A DNA stretch of 63,396 nucleotides, counting the filler, from Octopus bimaculoides (lineage: Eukaryota), in assembly GCF_001194135.2 (NCBI RefSeq). It is 6 parts of 6 records of this genome, joined end to end, with 100 filler letters (N's around TTAATTAATTAA, not from the genome) between each part and the next. Parts side by side here need not be neighbours in the genome. Positions count along the whole stretch, not along the records: positions 22,574 to 40,058 come from NC_068996.1; 5 more parts are not named here. The stretch is one strand, 5' to 3'. Below the pieces are notes generated by a model. That model was not told the origin of the DNA, did not search any database, and saw only the letters and a program-made list of their open reading frames with translations. Of this stretch, positions 22,574 through 34,600 are shown piece by piece (positions within the stretch are counted from its first letter, which is position 1; every line of letters begins with the position of its first letter). The position numbers and the translations under genes were made by a program.

Positions 22574-25500
22574 GGAGTGTTGGCATACTCCTTGCGGAGA
22601 AATGGGTGGATAAGGTCACAGAGGTAGTCAGGATATGCTATAGAGTGCTTAAGCTCAGGCTGGTCCTGCAGAATAGTATAGCTACAATTATCTCTGTCTA
22701 TGCCCCACATGAGGGCATACTCAACAATCAGAAGGACCACTTTTATGATACCCTTCTACAGGCTACCTCAAAGATGAATGGCAATGACCTCATCCTTGTG
22801 GCTGAAGATTTTAATGGACATGTCGGACAGCAATCCAGTATCTTCCATGGTGTTCACAGGGACCATGGAATCATTTCTCGAAATGAAAGAACTAGGCTAC
22901 TGGAGTTCTGTGATGCATGTAACCTATTAATCTGCAACACTAACTTCAAGAAGCCAGACAGCCACCTGATAACCTATCAATCAGGTATACTCTGCTAGCC
23001 AGATTGATTTCATCCTCATCAGAAAGTGAGATGCAAGGTTTCTCTTAAATACAAAGATCCTCCCTGGTGAAGAAAGTACCCCCAGCATAGACTAGTTATT
23101 AGTAACTTTAGACTCGAGGCCAGATGGATGCCAAGAAGCAGACCAATCCAGAAAAGGTTTTAGAAGCTAAAGAACCCTTCACATGGTCAGAGATTTAGGG
23201 ACATCCTCATTGAGAAATTTGATGAAAGGGAAGAGGAGCTACAGACTTCAGACATAGAGGGTATCTGGAAATTCCTACAGGACAGCTTACTGAGCACCAC
23301 AGACCAAATCTGCAGCTGGTGCAAAGTCCCTTCCAGACCTAGAGTAATGTGGTGGTGGAATAATACGGTAGACAAGGCCATTAGAACAAAGAAACAGGCC
23401 TGGAAAGCTTGGAAGAGTGTGGGTAGCAGGGAACTGTACCAGATAGCCAGAAGGGAGGCTGGGAGACAGGTATACATAACCAAGGGAGAAGCAGAAAAGA
23501 AGCTGCCAATGTTCAGTGACGTGAGGACCAAACAACTGAAGTATTTCAGATTGCAAGACAGTGTGTGAGAGAAAATTGTGATGTTACAGGAGAGAAATGT
23601 GTCTGCATGGATGATGGTGCACTTGCTTTTAATGATTCTGCAAAGAAAGAGGCTTGGAGAAGCCATTATGAAAGTGGAGAATGAATGGGAGGAGGAGAGC
23701 CTACCAAATGTTGACCCAGTAGATGGTCCAGCTGCTTGAATAGACAGTATCCTGGTAGATAAAGCAATTAAGGATATGAAGACAGGAAAACCCCCGCTCA
23801 TCAGGAATCACCACTGAGATGCTTAAAATATCTGGTGGTGTGGATTATGGTCTAGTCACCTGTATTGTAAACCAGGTAGTTCATGAAGGAGTCATACCCA
23901 ATGACTGGCATAGCAGTACCATAGTCAACTGCTACAAAGGTAAAGGTGATGCTTTAGATAGAAATAACCACAGGGTTATCAAACTGCGGGATCAGGTAAT
24001 AAAGGTCACGGAGAGGGTCATAGCCCAACTAATTAGGGACAGAGTCCACTTAGATGAGATACAGTTTGGTTTTGTGCCAGGTAGAAGCTCCGCTGATGCT
24101 ATATTCCTGGTACATCAACTGCAGGAGAACTACCTAGCCAAAGATAAACCCCTATACTTGGCTTTTGTTGACTTGGAGAAAGCCTTTGACAGGGTCCCCC
24201 GATCCCTCATCTGGTGGATGATGTGGAAACTGGGGATTGATGAGTGGTTAATAAGAGCTGTACAGGGATGCCGTTAGTAAGGGTTGGCAATGAGTATAGT
24301 GAAGAATTCCGGGTAGATGTAGACGTTCACCAATGATCAGCCCTCAGCCCCCTCTTATTCATCATAGTCTTCCAGGCAATAAGAGAGGAATTCAAGACAG
24401 GTTGCACCTGGGAGCTCCTCTATGCTGATAACCTTGCTTTCATAACGAAATCACTACCAGAAATAGAGAAGAAATTTCAGATGTGGCAGCAAGGTTTAGA
24501 ATCAAAGGACCTTAGAGTCAACCTAGCTAAAACCAAAGTCCTTGTAAGTAGGAAGGCAAACACATCCCAAACCCCTTCAGGTAGATGGCTCTGCTTGATC
24601 TGTAGAAAAGGCGTAGGTAGAAACTCCATAAGACGTACTCAGTGTTGCTATGGTGTAGCAACATCAAAGGAAGGTTAACCGGGAAGATAGCTTTTGTGTG
24701 CAGCAGATGCACAGGAGCAATAAACACTGCAGATACTCAGAAAGCTGATTCCATCACATGCCAGAGGGGGAAACTATAAGGAGTTGATAACTTCTTCTAC
24801 TGAGGTGACAAAGTCTGTAGTGGGGTGGGGATACTCAGAGAGCATTGCCACTAGAATAAGAATTGGCTAGGCAAAGTTCAGAAAGCTCCTACCTCTTTGG
24901 TGACAAAAGGTCTCTCGCTCAGAGTGAAAGGTAGATTGCATGATGCATGTGTGCAAACTTCTATGCTACACAGCAGTGAAACATGGGCAGTGACTGCTGA
25001 AGACATGCGTAGGCTTGAAAGAAATGAAGCTAGTATGATCAGCTGGATGTGTAATGTCGGTGTGCACACATGACAGAGTGTATTCACCTTGAGAGAAATG
25101 TTAGACATAAGAAGCATCAGATGTGTGCAAGAGAGACGACTGCACTGGTATGGTCATGTGCTGCATATGGATGAGGAGAGCTGTGTGAAGAAGTGTCACT
25201 CCCTAACAGTGGAAGGAACCCGTGGAAGAGGGAGACCCAGGAAGACATGGGATGAGATAGTGAAGCATGACCTTCAAATGTTGGGCCTCACAGAAGCAAT
25301 GACGAAAGACCAAGACCTCTGGAGATATGCTGTGATTGAGAAGACCTGGCAAGTAAAGTGAGATCACAGCCATAGCCTATACCAGTGTTGCATAACCAAC
25401 CCATTTAATCATCAGGCGACATTCCTTGCTTGAGGAGACCTATTGAGTCAAGGAAAATCAAAATCAGAATCAAATCTAATCATATTCAAATGGAAATTGT

Positions 25501-25720
25501 AGTTGTGGCTGATGCCTGTGCCACCTGGCTGGCTCCCATGCTGGTGGCACACAATAAGCGCCATGCATGTGTGGGTCATTGGCAGTGCAGCCTGACCAGC
25601 TCCCCATGCCGGTGGCATGTAAAAAGCACCATCTGAATGTGGTTCATGCCAGCCTCCCTGCTCCGACTGGTTCCTGTGCCAGTAGCAAGTAAAAAGCACA
25701 ATGCAAATGTGGCCGATGCC
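22574..25720 (+). mobile_element. Near full-length degenerate RTE-clade LINE (APE, RT, PHD-like finger, C-terminal region, 3' UTR)
   Basis: APE motifs IISVYAP, DFNGHVG, LITYQSG. RT motifs QFGFVPGRSSADAIF, LAFVDLEKAFDRVPR, ALSPLLF, WELLYADN. C-terminal ERRLHWYGHV and RGRGRPRKTW. Many stops and frameshifts; the 5' end falls in a gap. Confidence 0.93.
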
Positions 25721-25729
25721 AGTAGCAAT

Positions 25730-25895
25730 CTTTTTAGTGAAGTGACGTTGGATTGCTTCAAGCTCCATTGTTAGCTTGACACTGTGTGGTGACCACAGCT
25801 GAGAGTAGTAGTCTAGGCAGCTGAAGATGAAGGTCTTCCATAGAGTCAACATTAATTCCAGATCTCTTGTTCCAAATGTCCTTAGTATCCATCCC
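25730..25895 (-). mobile_element. CR1/L2-group LINE RT C-terminal fragment
   Basis: GWILRTFGTRDLELMLTLWKTFIFSCLDYYSQLWSPHSVKLTMELEAIQRHFTKKI. Confidence 0.75.
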
Positions 25896-25905
25896 ATAAA
25901 TATAC

Positions 25906-25956
<51 letters not shown>

Positions 25957-25989
25957 AATTCAAAAAAGGAAAAAAGTCTTTTACAAGAA

Positions 25990-27312
25990 TTTTATCAGGA
26001 AGCCAGTGTGAACTCAGTTGATAGCTTCCGCTATCTAGGTGATCAAGTTAGTAGTGGGAGAGGGTTCGCTGAAAGTGTAGCTGCTAGAATAAGAATAGCC
26101 TGGGCAAAGTTCAGAGAGCTCTTACCTCTGCTGGTGACAAAGGGTCTCCCTCTCAGAGTAAAAGGCAGACTGTATGATGCATGTGTACAAACAGCCATGC
26201 TTCATGGCAGTGAAACATGGGCTGTGACTGCTGAGGACATGCGTAGGCTCGCAAGGAATGAAGCCAGTATGCTCCAATGGATGTGTAATGTCAGTGTGCA
26301 TACTAGACAGAGTATAAGCACCTTGAGAGAAAAGTTGAACTTAAGAAGCATCAGTTGTAATGTGCAAGAGAGACGATTGCGCTGGTATGGTCATGTAGCA
26401 AGAATGGACGAGGATAGCTGTGTGAAAAAGTGTCACACCCTAGCAGTTGAGGGAACCTGTGGTAGAGATAGGCCCAGGAAGACCTGGGAAGTGGTGGTGA
26501 GGCACGACCTTCGAACACTGGGCCTCACTGAAGCGATGACTTCTGACCGAGACCTTTGGAAATATGCTGTGCGTGAGAAGACCCGGCAAGCCAAGTGAGA
26601 CCTAAATCCCAGGCCTCTGCCAGGGGTGTAGCCAGCCCACTTATGCGTACCTTCCTTCATTGGACACTAAACTCGGCTTGCGAAGACCTGTTGGGCCAAG
26701 TGAAAGCGAAATCGTGATAGCACCTGTACCCAGCGTCGCCTTCCTGGCACTTATGCCGGTGGCACGTGTAAAGATATTCGAGAGATATCGTTGCCAGTGC
26801 CGTCGGACTGACTCCTGTGCNNNNNNNNNNNNNNNNNNNNNNNNNNNNNNNNNNNNNNNNNNNNNNNNNNNNNNNNNNNNNNNNNNNNNNNNNNNNNNNN
26901 NNNNNNNNNNNNNNNNNNNNNNNNNNNNNNNNNNNNNNNNNNNNNNNNNNNNNNNNNNNNNNNNNNNNNNNNNNNNNNNNNNNNNNNNNNNNNNNNNNNN
27001 NNNNNNNNNNNNNNNNNNNNNNNNNNNNNNNNNNNNNNNNNNNNNNNNNNNNNNNNNNNNNNNNNNNNNNNNNNNNNNNNNNNNNNNNNNNNNNNNNNNN
27101 NNNNNNNNNNNNNNNNNNNNNNNNNNNNNNNNNNNNNNNNNNNNNNNNNNNNNNNNNNNNNNNNNNNNNNNNNNNNNNNNNNNNNNNNNATATATATATA
27201 TATATATATGTGCATATATGCAAATATATATGTATATATAATATATATATAATTAACGTCCGCAACCCATGCTAGCATGGAAAGCGGATGTTAAACGATG
27301 ATGATGATGATG
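25990..27312 (+). mobile_element. 5'-truncated RTE LINE copy with an open C-terminal ORF, 3' UTR and (GAT)n tail
   Basis: ORF 25906-26598 contains VDSFRYLGDQVSSG...RIRIAWAKFRELLP...MLHGSETWAV...GRDRPRKTW. The 3' end ccatgctagcatggaaagcggatgttaaac(gat)n lies at 27266-27312, beyond an N gap. Confidence 0.9.
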
Positions 27313-27639
27313 ATATATATATATGTATATATATATATGTATATATACATATATATATGTATATGTGCATATATATATATATATATATATATCCACACAC
27401 ATATATATATGTATATATACATACATATATATATGTATGTATATATACATATATAGCTAGGATATCTTAAAGGTATGGTTTGTCCAACACAGATTGCTGT
27501 TTACTATAATACCCAGATCACATTCACTAGAAAACTTCTGGAAGTTGGTGCTGCTGAGGGAGTATGTAAAAGCTGTATGTATTTTTTATTACTTGTTTGT
27601 TTTAGAAGAAGGGACTTTGCAAACCTTCTGAGATGTGTG

Positions 27640-27890
27640 AAACTGATACCATTAATATTCATTTAAGCAGTTGCATGTTGACCTCCGCAGGGATGAGATT
27701 TCAAAAGGATGATGTTTTTTGGGGGGGAAGAACTGGATATAGCAGTTTGTGTGGATCCTGGGAGGGAAGAAGGAAGGGTAAGTGGACCAGGAATGGCTAA
27801 GCTGAGAAGGTACAAGATCAGCCAGCTCTGAAGAACAGACGGGGCCATTACAATAATAATAGTAAAGACAGACACGAACACTACCTTCTC
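27640..27890 (-). mobile_element. CR1/L2-group LINE 3' end fragment
   Basis: CLYYYYCNGPVCSSELADLVP...PRIHTNCYIQFF resembles the conserved CR1-type C-terminal motif. Confidence 0.6.
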
Positions 27891-28115
27891 TGATAATCTT
27901 CCTATTAATCCACTGCACCTCTTGTGTGTCCATAACTTACACTGGGTACACTGTATGGACTGTATGGAATTCCTTCCTACACTTTTCCTACAAATTGAAC
28001 AGGGCCACCTACCTGAAGTGGGTCTTGTCTGTTTTCTTGATTACTAGGACTTTTAGTCTTTGCTAAGTTGACACTGAGATCAATTCCTGTTAGAACTATC
28101 CATAGCAATAAGGTT
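27890..28115 (-). mobile_element. RTE LINE fragment covering the PHD-like finger
   Basis: VNLAKTK...GRWPCSICRKSVGRNSIQ(SIQ)CTQCKLWTHKRCSGLIGRL. Confidence 0.8.
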
Positions 28116-28139
28116 AAAGCAAAGAACCCAGATTGAACA

Positions 28140-30262
28140 CAACCAACACCCCTTCAGACCTTTATGTTTACTCTGGTAGATTCTGTGAGAGCGGACAGCA
28201 TCCTGCTGTCAGAGGTTTCACAGGTTCTTTTTCTGGACATTATAAGCTTTGATTCTTGGTTGATAATTATTGTGGGAGACATTTAACATCCAAGTACCAA
28301 TCTCAAAATCCTATCTATCCCCAGCAGAGCAGTTTTAAGGGCTTGTTCTGCTCTGACGTCAATTTTGATTTCTCTGACATATTTCTCGAACTTGGTTGTT
28401 AGTGCTCTGAGTGTCCCTGGAATGACAGACACTTTCCTCATAGTCCACATTCTTGTAATTTCGTCTTTTATTTTTCATCTGTATGTTTTCGTCTTTTTGT
28501 CTGTACATTTCAGTCTTTTATGCATGCATTTCTAGGTATTGCAATATCTATAATCTTGGTTTCCTTTTTTCCTTTGTCTATCATAACAATATCTGGTCTC
28601 TGAGCATTGATTAGGGAGTCACAGTGGATTTTAAAATTCCACAGTATCTTATATTCCTTGATTTTGGTGCCCCCTTCTGGTTCATGTTCGTACCATTTCC
28701 CTTCTCTGTTCAGGCTGTACTTTTCCCATAGCCTTCAGTTTACAATTTTAGCCACGTTATTGTGCCTTCTTTTGTAGTGCTTTTGGGCCAGCTTGCTACA
28801 CTCACTCACATATGTGAGATTGCTTCATTTCTACTGTCACACATCCTACAAAGGGGTGATTTGCTACTGTTGTCTATTTAGAATTTGATGTAATTTGTTC
28901 TCAGAGCTTGTCCCTGGGTGCTGCATATCAATGCCTCAGTGCATCCTTTCAGATGACTTTTTCTCAGCCATCTCCAAGAGTTGATCTCGTCTTTTCTCTT
29001 GATTTCTCTGAGGAATTGCCCATGCAGTGGTTTCATTTTCCAGTTGTTTACTTTCTCTTCTTCATTTTGTTTCTTAAATGCTTGTGGGTGTGTCACATTT
29101 TTGGTGGGTATTGCTTTATTAATTCTAACAGCAGTAAGCAAGGATTCACTTTGCTGTTTAATGTACCATCCTAGGCTGTTCTCCTTGTTGACAATACAGA
29201 TCTTGCATCCTATGAGGCATCTTCCTCCCTTGTTCCTAGGTACACACAGTCTGTCATTATCACTTTTGGGATGTCGTTCCTTCTTAATTGTCATTACTTT
29301 ACTGGTTTTCCTGTCCATTTCTTCAAGCTCGTTCTTGTCCATCTAACAATACTTGCACCATATTGCATTAAGGAAACAGACCATGTGTTCATTGCTCTAA
29401 ACTTGTTTTTCCCATTGAGCTTACTTCCTAGAATCAGTTTCGTTTTTTCTGAGACATTCTTGCCTAAAGCCTTCCTTCATCCCAGTTTCCTTGATCTTAT
29501 TGTATTCCAGAATCCCCAGATATTTATATCCATTAGTCTCAATATCTTTGATGTTCTTGCCATTGGGTAGCTTTACACCATCAGACTACTTTGCCTTTTT
29601 GTATTATCAGCATACTGCACTTTTTAGTTCAAAATTCCATTGTAATATCCTCACTGAATATCTGCTCTGTTTAAACTAGGCCATTTATTTCATATTCAGT
29701 CTTCCCAAAGATCTTTAAGTCATCCATATATAACAGGTGATTTAATTTTTCTCCACTTTTCAAGGTGTACCCTGATGTCACTTTCCTTAGAAGCTGTGTG
29801 AGGGGTATCATACAAAGCACAAACAGCAATGGTAATAGGCTACCTCCTTGGAATATGCCTCTCTTGATGTTAACCCTTGCCAAAAATTTTCCACATGAAG
29901 TTAGCCTGTGCTCCAGTTTTTCATTGATCTTTTAATAAACTTTGATATGTTATCAGACACCCGTATCAGCTCAAGACTTTCTAAAATCCAGGAATGGGGG
30001 ACCATATCATACGCTTTCTTATAATTGATCCTCGCCATGCTCAAGTTAGTAAGTCTTTTCTTGCAGTTGTTCAGTACTTTTCTGTCTATCAGAATTGGTC
30101 TTTTGTCCCTTGGCTTTTCCTTCTGCACCCTTTCTGTTCCACTGGTAGTTTATTATTCATTTCCGGGAAGTTATACACATAATTAGATATCATTCCTGTC
30201 ATCAGCTTCTACATCAGGGGCAGGCAGGTGATAGGCCAGTAATTATTCACTGCATTGCCTTT
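28140..30262 (-). mobile_element. 5'-truncated Dong/R4-clade LINE (RT, CCHC and restriction-like endonuclease)
   Basis: NYWPITCL, YKKAYDMVPHSW, RGIFQGGSLLPLLF, LLYMDDLK, PLCRMCDSRNEAISH, KILWNFKIHCD...QRPDIVMIDKGKKETKIIDIAIP. Confidence 0.9.
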
Positions 30263-30264
30263 AC

Positions 30265-30304
<40 letters not shown>

Positions 30305-30319
30305 GTTGTTGTTGTTAGT

Positions 30320-30630
30320 TTATTTGTCAGAGTTCTTTTGTCATACATTCTGTGACATCTTCAGTGACTTTCTGTCCCATGTATCTCCTCTTGGTAAGTG
30401 AATACTGGTGATAGCTCAAGGGAGAGAAAAGTTTGTCAGTGCTCTATTAGAACATTGAGGCCTGGTTGATAACATAGATTTTAGGATCTTATTGACATAT
30501 AGAACAGACATGACATTCAGACAGATTATGGAGGCAACATACATTATAGAAGATAGACCAATCCTCAACATAAAACATGAATGGAGTAATAACATCTTCT
30601 CACTCCACCACACTATGCAATCTGTTGACT
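30320..30630 (+). mobile_element. Penelope-like GIY-YIG C-terminal fragment
   Basis: VSALLEH*GLVDNIDFRILL...FRQIMEATYIIEDRPILNIKHEW resembles the PLE endonuclease end motif (H...F.IL...EA.YI...P.LN). Confidence 0.55.
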
Positions 30631-31650
30631 AAAGACAGGATGAGGAAAGATAAATAAATAAATCATAATAATAATCATCATCATTGTTTAATGCCCATTT
30701 TCCATGCTGGCATGGGTTGGACAGTTTGACACGAGCTGGCTAGGAGGTGAGCTGTCCAGACTCTAATTGTTTCTTTGGCTAAATAGATAAATGATATAAG
30801 TACAAACAGTGTAATATACAAACCCATATACATGCATGCATGTGCACGCGTGTGTACACACACACACACACACACAGAGATACTGATGTAATTGTGTGCA
30901 CAGATAGGGATACATACCACAGAAGGATAAAATGGGTTTGGCAGTACAAGGGTAGAGATGTGGGACAGAAAGTTGCTGAAAAGGTTACAGAATGTGTGAT
31001 AAAAGAACTCTGGCAAATACAAAAAAATAATAATTATAAAGCTAAAGTGAAGATCAAATAAATAGTGCATGCGTTTACTTGGTAAAGGAAAAAATATGAC
31101 CATCCCCAAATATAACAATATCTGTTTCAACACACATTTTCATATCAAGAATCTTGCAAAACAAATTTATAAATGTATATCTATCATCATTATCATCATC
31201 ACCACCTAGCATCCACCCTCCATGCTGGCATAGGTTCCCTCGATAGTTGGAGATCTGCATTTCTTTACACAGCTGTTTTCGTTCATTTGCATTACATGAC
31301 CATACCAGACCATTGGTCTCTGTTGCACACCACATCTGATGCCTTTTATGCTCTGTTTTTCTCTCAAGATACGCTTTTGTCATTCATGCACAATGATATT
31401 GTACATCCAGCGAAGCATACTTGCCTCATTTCTTTCAATTCTTTGCATGTCCTCCGTGGTCACAGCCCATGTTTCCCTGTCATGAAACATGGCTGTTCAC
31501 ACACAAGCATCATACAATCTGCCTTTCATTCTGAGGGAGAGGCCCTTTGTTACCAACAGAAGTAGAAGCTCTTTGAACTTTGCCCAGCCTATTCTTATTT
31601 TAGCAGCTGTGCTCTTGGAGCATCCACCTCCACGTTGCTTTGGTCACCAG

Positions 31651-34600
31651 CAAAGATGGGTACCGTTAATTGAAAAGTTAACTTGATTAACCAAAAAGTT
31701 AATTTTGATAACCATTAATCAGTTAATTCTTTAAAAATGTTATGGAAGTTATAGATAAAACATTAACGTTATATTTTATTAAAGAAAAGAAAAACAAAAG
31801 ATCACTTTTTGCTCTAAAACCACCTAAAAACACCTTTTAAAAGTGCTAAAACTATAAAATAGCCTTTTTTTGGCCTTTTAAACTATAGNNNNNNNNNNNN
31901 NNNNNNNNNNNNNNNNNNNNNNNNNNNNNNNNNNNNNNNNNNNNNNNNNNNNNNNNNNNNNNNNNNNNNNNNNNNNNNNNNNNNNNNNNNNNAAACTCAG
32001 ATGAAACACAATATTAGTATAAACTAAAAGAGTTTATTGATAAAATGGCCATTAAAAAAAAAAAAAATGAAAAACAATATATACACAATTTAATTTTTCC
32101 TCTTCTTGTTCTCCATATTGTTCATGAGATACATGTTGCTCTTCATGAAAATTAGCAAGTCAAAGTTTTCATCAGACAGGGATGATCTCTTGGCCCTTAA
32201 GATGTCCTTGGCCATAGAGAACAAATGCCTTACTACATTTGAACTTGATGAACAAGTCCACCAACACTTGCTCACCCAAGAAGGCAGCATCTATTAGCAA
32301 GTTCTTGGAGTTGGTCTCCAACTAGGTCTTGACAAAATTCTGGGTCTTGTCCTTGAGTGACCTGTGACTCCTGCTGCTCTCTTTTGGCTGGGTGACACTA
32401 CTGAAGAACTCATCCTCCTACTCTTTGTTGTTGCTGCTCACTTCATCAGACGGCTGCCTTATGGCTTCCTCGACCATACCCTCCATGCTTGTCCTCACCT
32501 TGGCGACTTTGGTGTTGTTATACTTATCCAACCAGATGAGGCAAAACTTGGGGTGGAAGGCAGCAGCCAGCTGGCATTCTTCATCCTCCAGGTGGGTCCT
32601 AAACCTTTTGTCAATACCTGCCAAAAGTGTGTCACTACATTAGATGAGACTCTTGGACTTCAAGCCCTTGAGCCTAAAGATTGTTCCAGCAACTGTTGCA
32701 GCAGAGTCCCAAGGTAGGCTTGTTCCTTCCTCTAGATCTAAAATAATATATATATTATGATGATATAATATAATTAGGTAGCTTTGGTTTAATCAATGTG
32801 TTCACATGATGTACTTTGCAAGACTACCAAAACGCTCTCTCTGACTACTACCGACCACTACTCTTTATAAGAGTTTGGCTAGTCCATTCACTAATCCATC
32901 AGGGGTGTCAATGACTCTCACCACAGCATCTCCCCCTTTGAGATTGACCTCTGTTGGAAGTTAATATTATTTTTATTTATTTTTATGTCATAACTTTTAT
33001 ATCCTGACGACTTGTTACCTAACTCTTAGATAGTATTGTTCGTTTGCACCCAGCACTCTCGTTTTTCATTTGTACTTCCGCTGGAAGTTAATGTTATTAT
33101 TTTTATTTATTTTTACATTGTCACATTTATATCCTGATGACTCGTTGTTACCTAACTCTTAGGTAGTATTGTTTGTTTGCACACAGCACTCTTGTTTTTT
33201 GTTGTGCTAAGCACTCTTGTTAGCACTCTTATTTGTCATTGTATTAAGCACTTGTTTTTCACTTGAACAGACTTTAGTGCAATTTTTTAACCCCAAGAAG
33301 ATTTTTTAACCCTCTAGCTGGTTAGCACTGCACAGCTACATCTGATATATTGTGAGCAGGGGAATTGAACCCTCACCACATTCTAGCAACAGGACCAGTA
33401 CAAAGTAATTTGAACAACTACCATTACAGCAACTTATGTGTTCAGTGTCAGTTCAACGTGGAACTAACATACCATCTCTTACTGGTTTCTAGCAAAACTC
33501 TTTAATGACTTCTGCAAACTTGCCACATTTTCACATGACATGATAGGTATGTTACTAGTATTTTACCATTTGCATTCTTATAAGAAATATGAATGGGGAG
33601 GTCCCATAAGATGAATAGTTCCATCCAGTATGTTCCAAAAAAATTTGTTGTTTTTTTCAAAGTTTTTCCATGAAATGTAACATCACTTATTATTTCGCTC
33701 ATAAAATGTAATTTTTTTCCTGAAACACCTCATGCAATTTCTGAAGTTTTCTTTAATCTAGGTTTCCCTATTTTTCTCCATGCGTCTGTATTGATTATCA
33801 TGATATCACTGCCTGTATCCAATTGTAACTTGATATTCATGTTATTAATTTTCTTTTCTGAACCTCGTTTAGAATTTTTTTTAGCAATACATTCTTTCTA
33901 GCATTCTTTTTCGTTTGATCCTCTTTTTTGTTTTGCTATATAATGTGAGCTTTTATGTCTGATTTTTTCCACAACCAAAACATTTACAATTTTTAAAAGG
34001 ACAATTACTTTTAAAATGTAAACCACTGCACCCATAGCATGGATTTGGTCTTGACATTCGTTTTTCTTTTTTCTTATCAGTTTCAGGTTGACATGCATGT
34101 ATCTGAGAGCAATGTTTTTCTTCAATTTTATCTGTGTCATGCCTTAAATTTATAATCCTCTGGTATTCTTCAGCCATTGCCTATAGAGTTAATTTTTGGT
34201 CCTGTTTTAATTTTGTTAACATATGGGAACGTATATCAGCATCTTTTTTTGCTGTTAATCCTTGAACAAAAATTACACATCTGAAGAAATCTAGGGTTAA
34301 TTCATTTAATTTGAATTTTTCACACTCTTTGTTAATGACCCCAGTTAGGTGATGAAATCTTCATCATCTTTTTTAACTAAATTTAAACATTACCAATGAG
34401 TATTGAACAGGGAACTTTTTTCACTGAAAATTCTCAATAAAAGTAGTACCTTCTTCTGGGTTATAAATAAATTCAATTGAATTTGTCACGCTATCTGGCA
34501 AGAATGAACCTGAAGTATTTCAAACTTTTCCATCATTGCTTCCAATAACTGTTGGTATTGTTGTTGTTGCTGTTGTAGTTGTAGTTGTAACCGCTGTTGT

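Noticed and set aside
33131-33160. CTGATGA hammerhead-like core in the LTR element tail (also CTGACGA at about 33004)
   Set aside because: No downstream GAAA with stem II or stem III.
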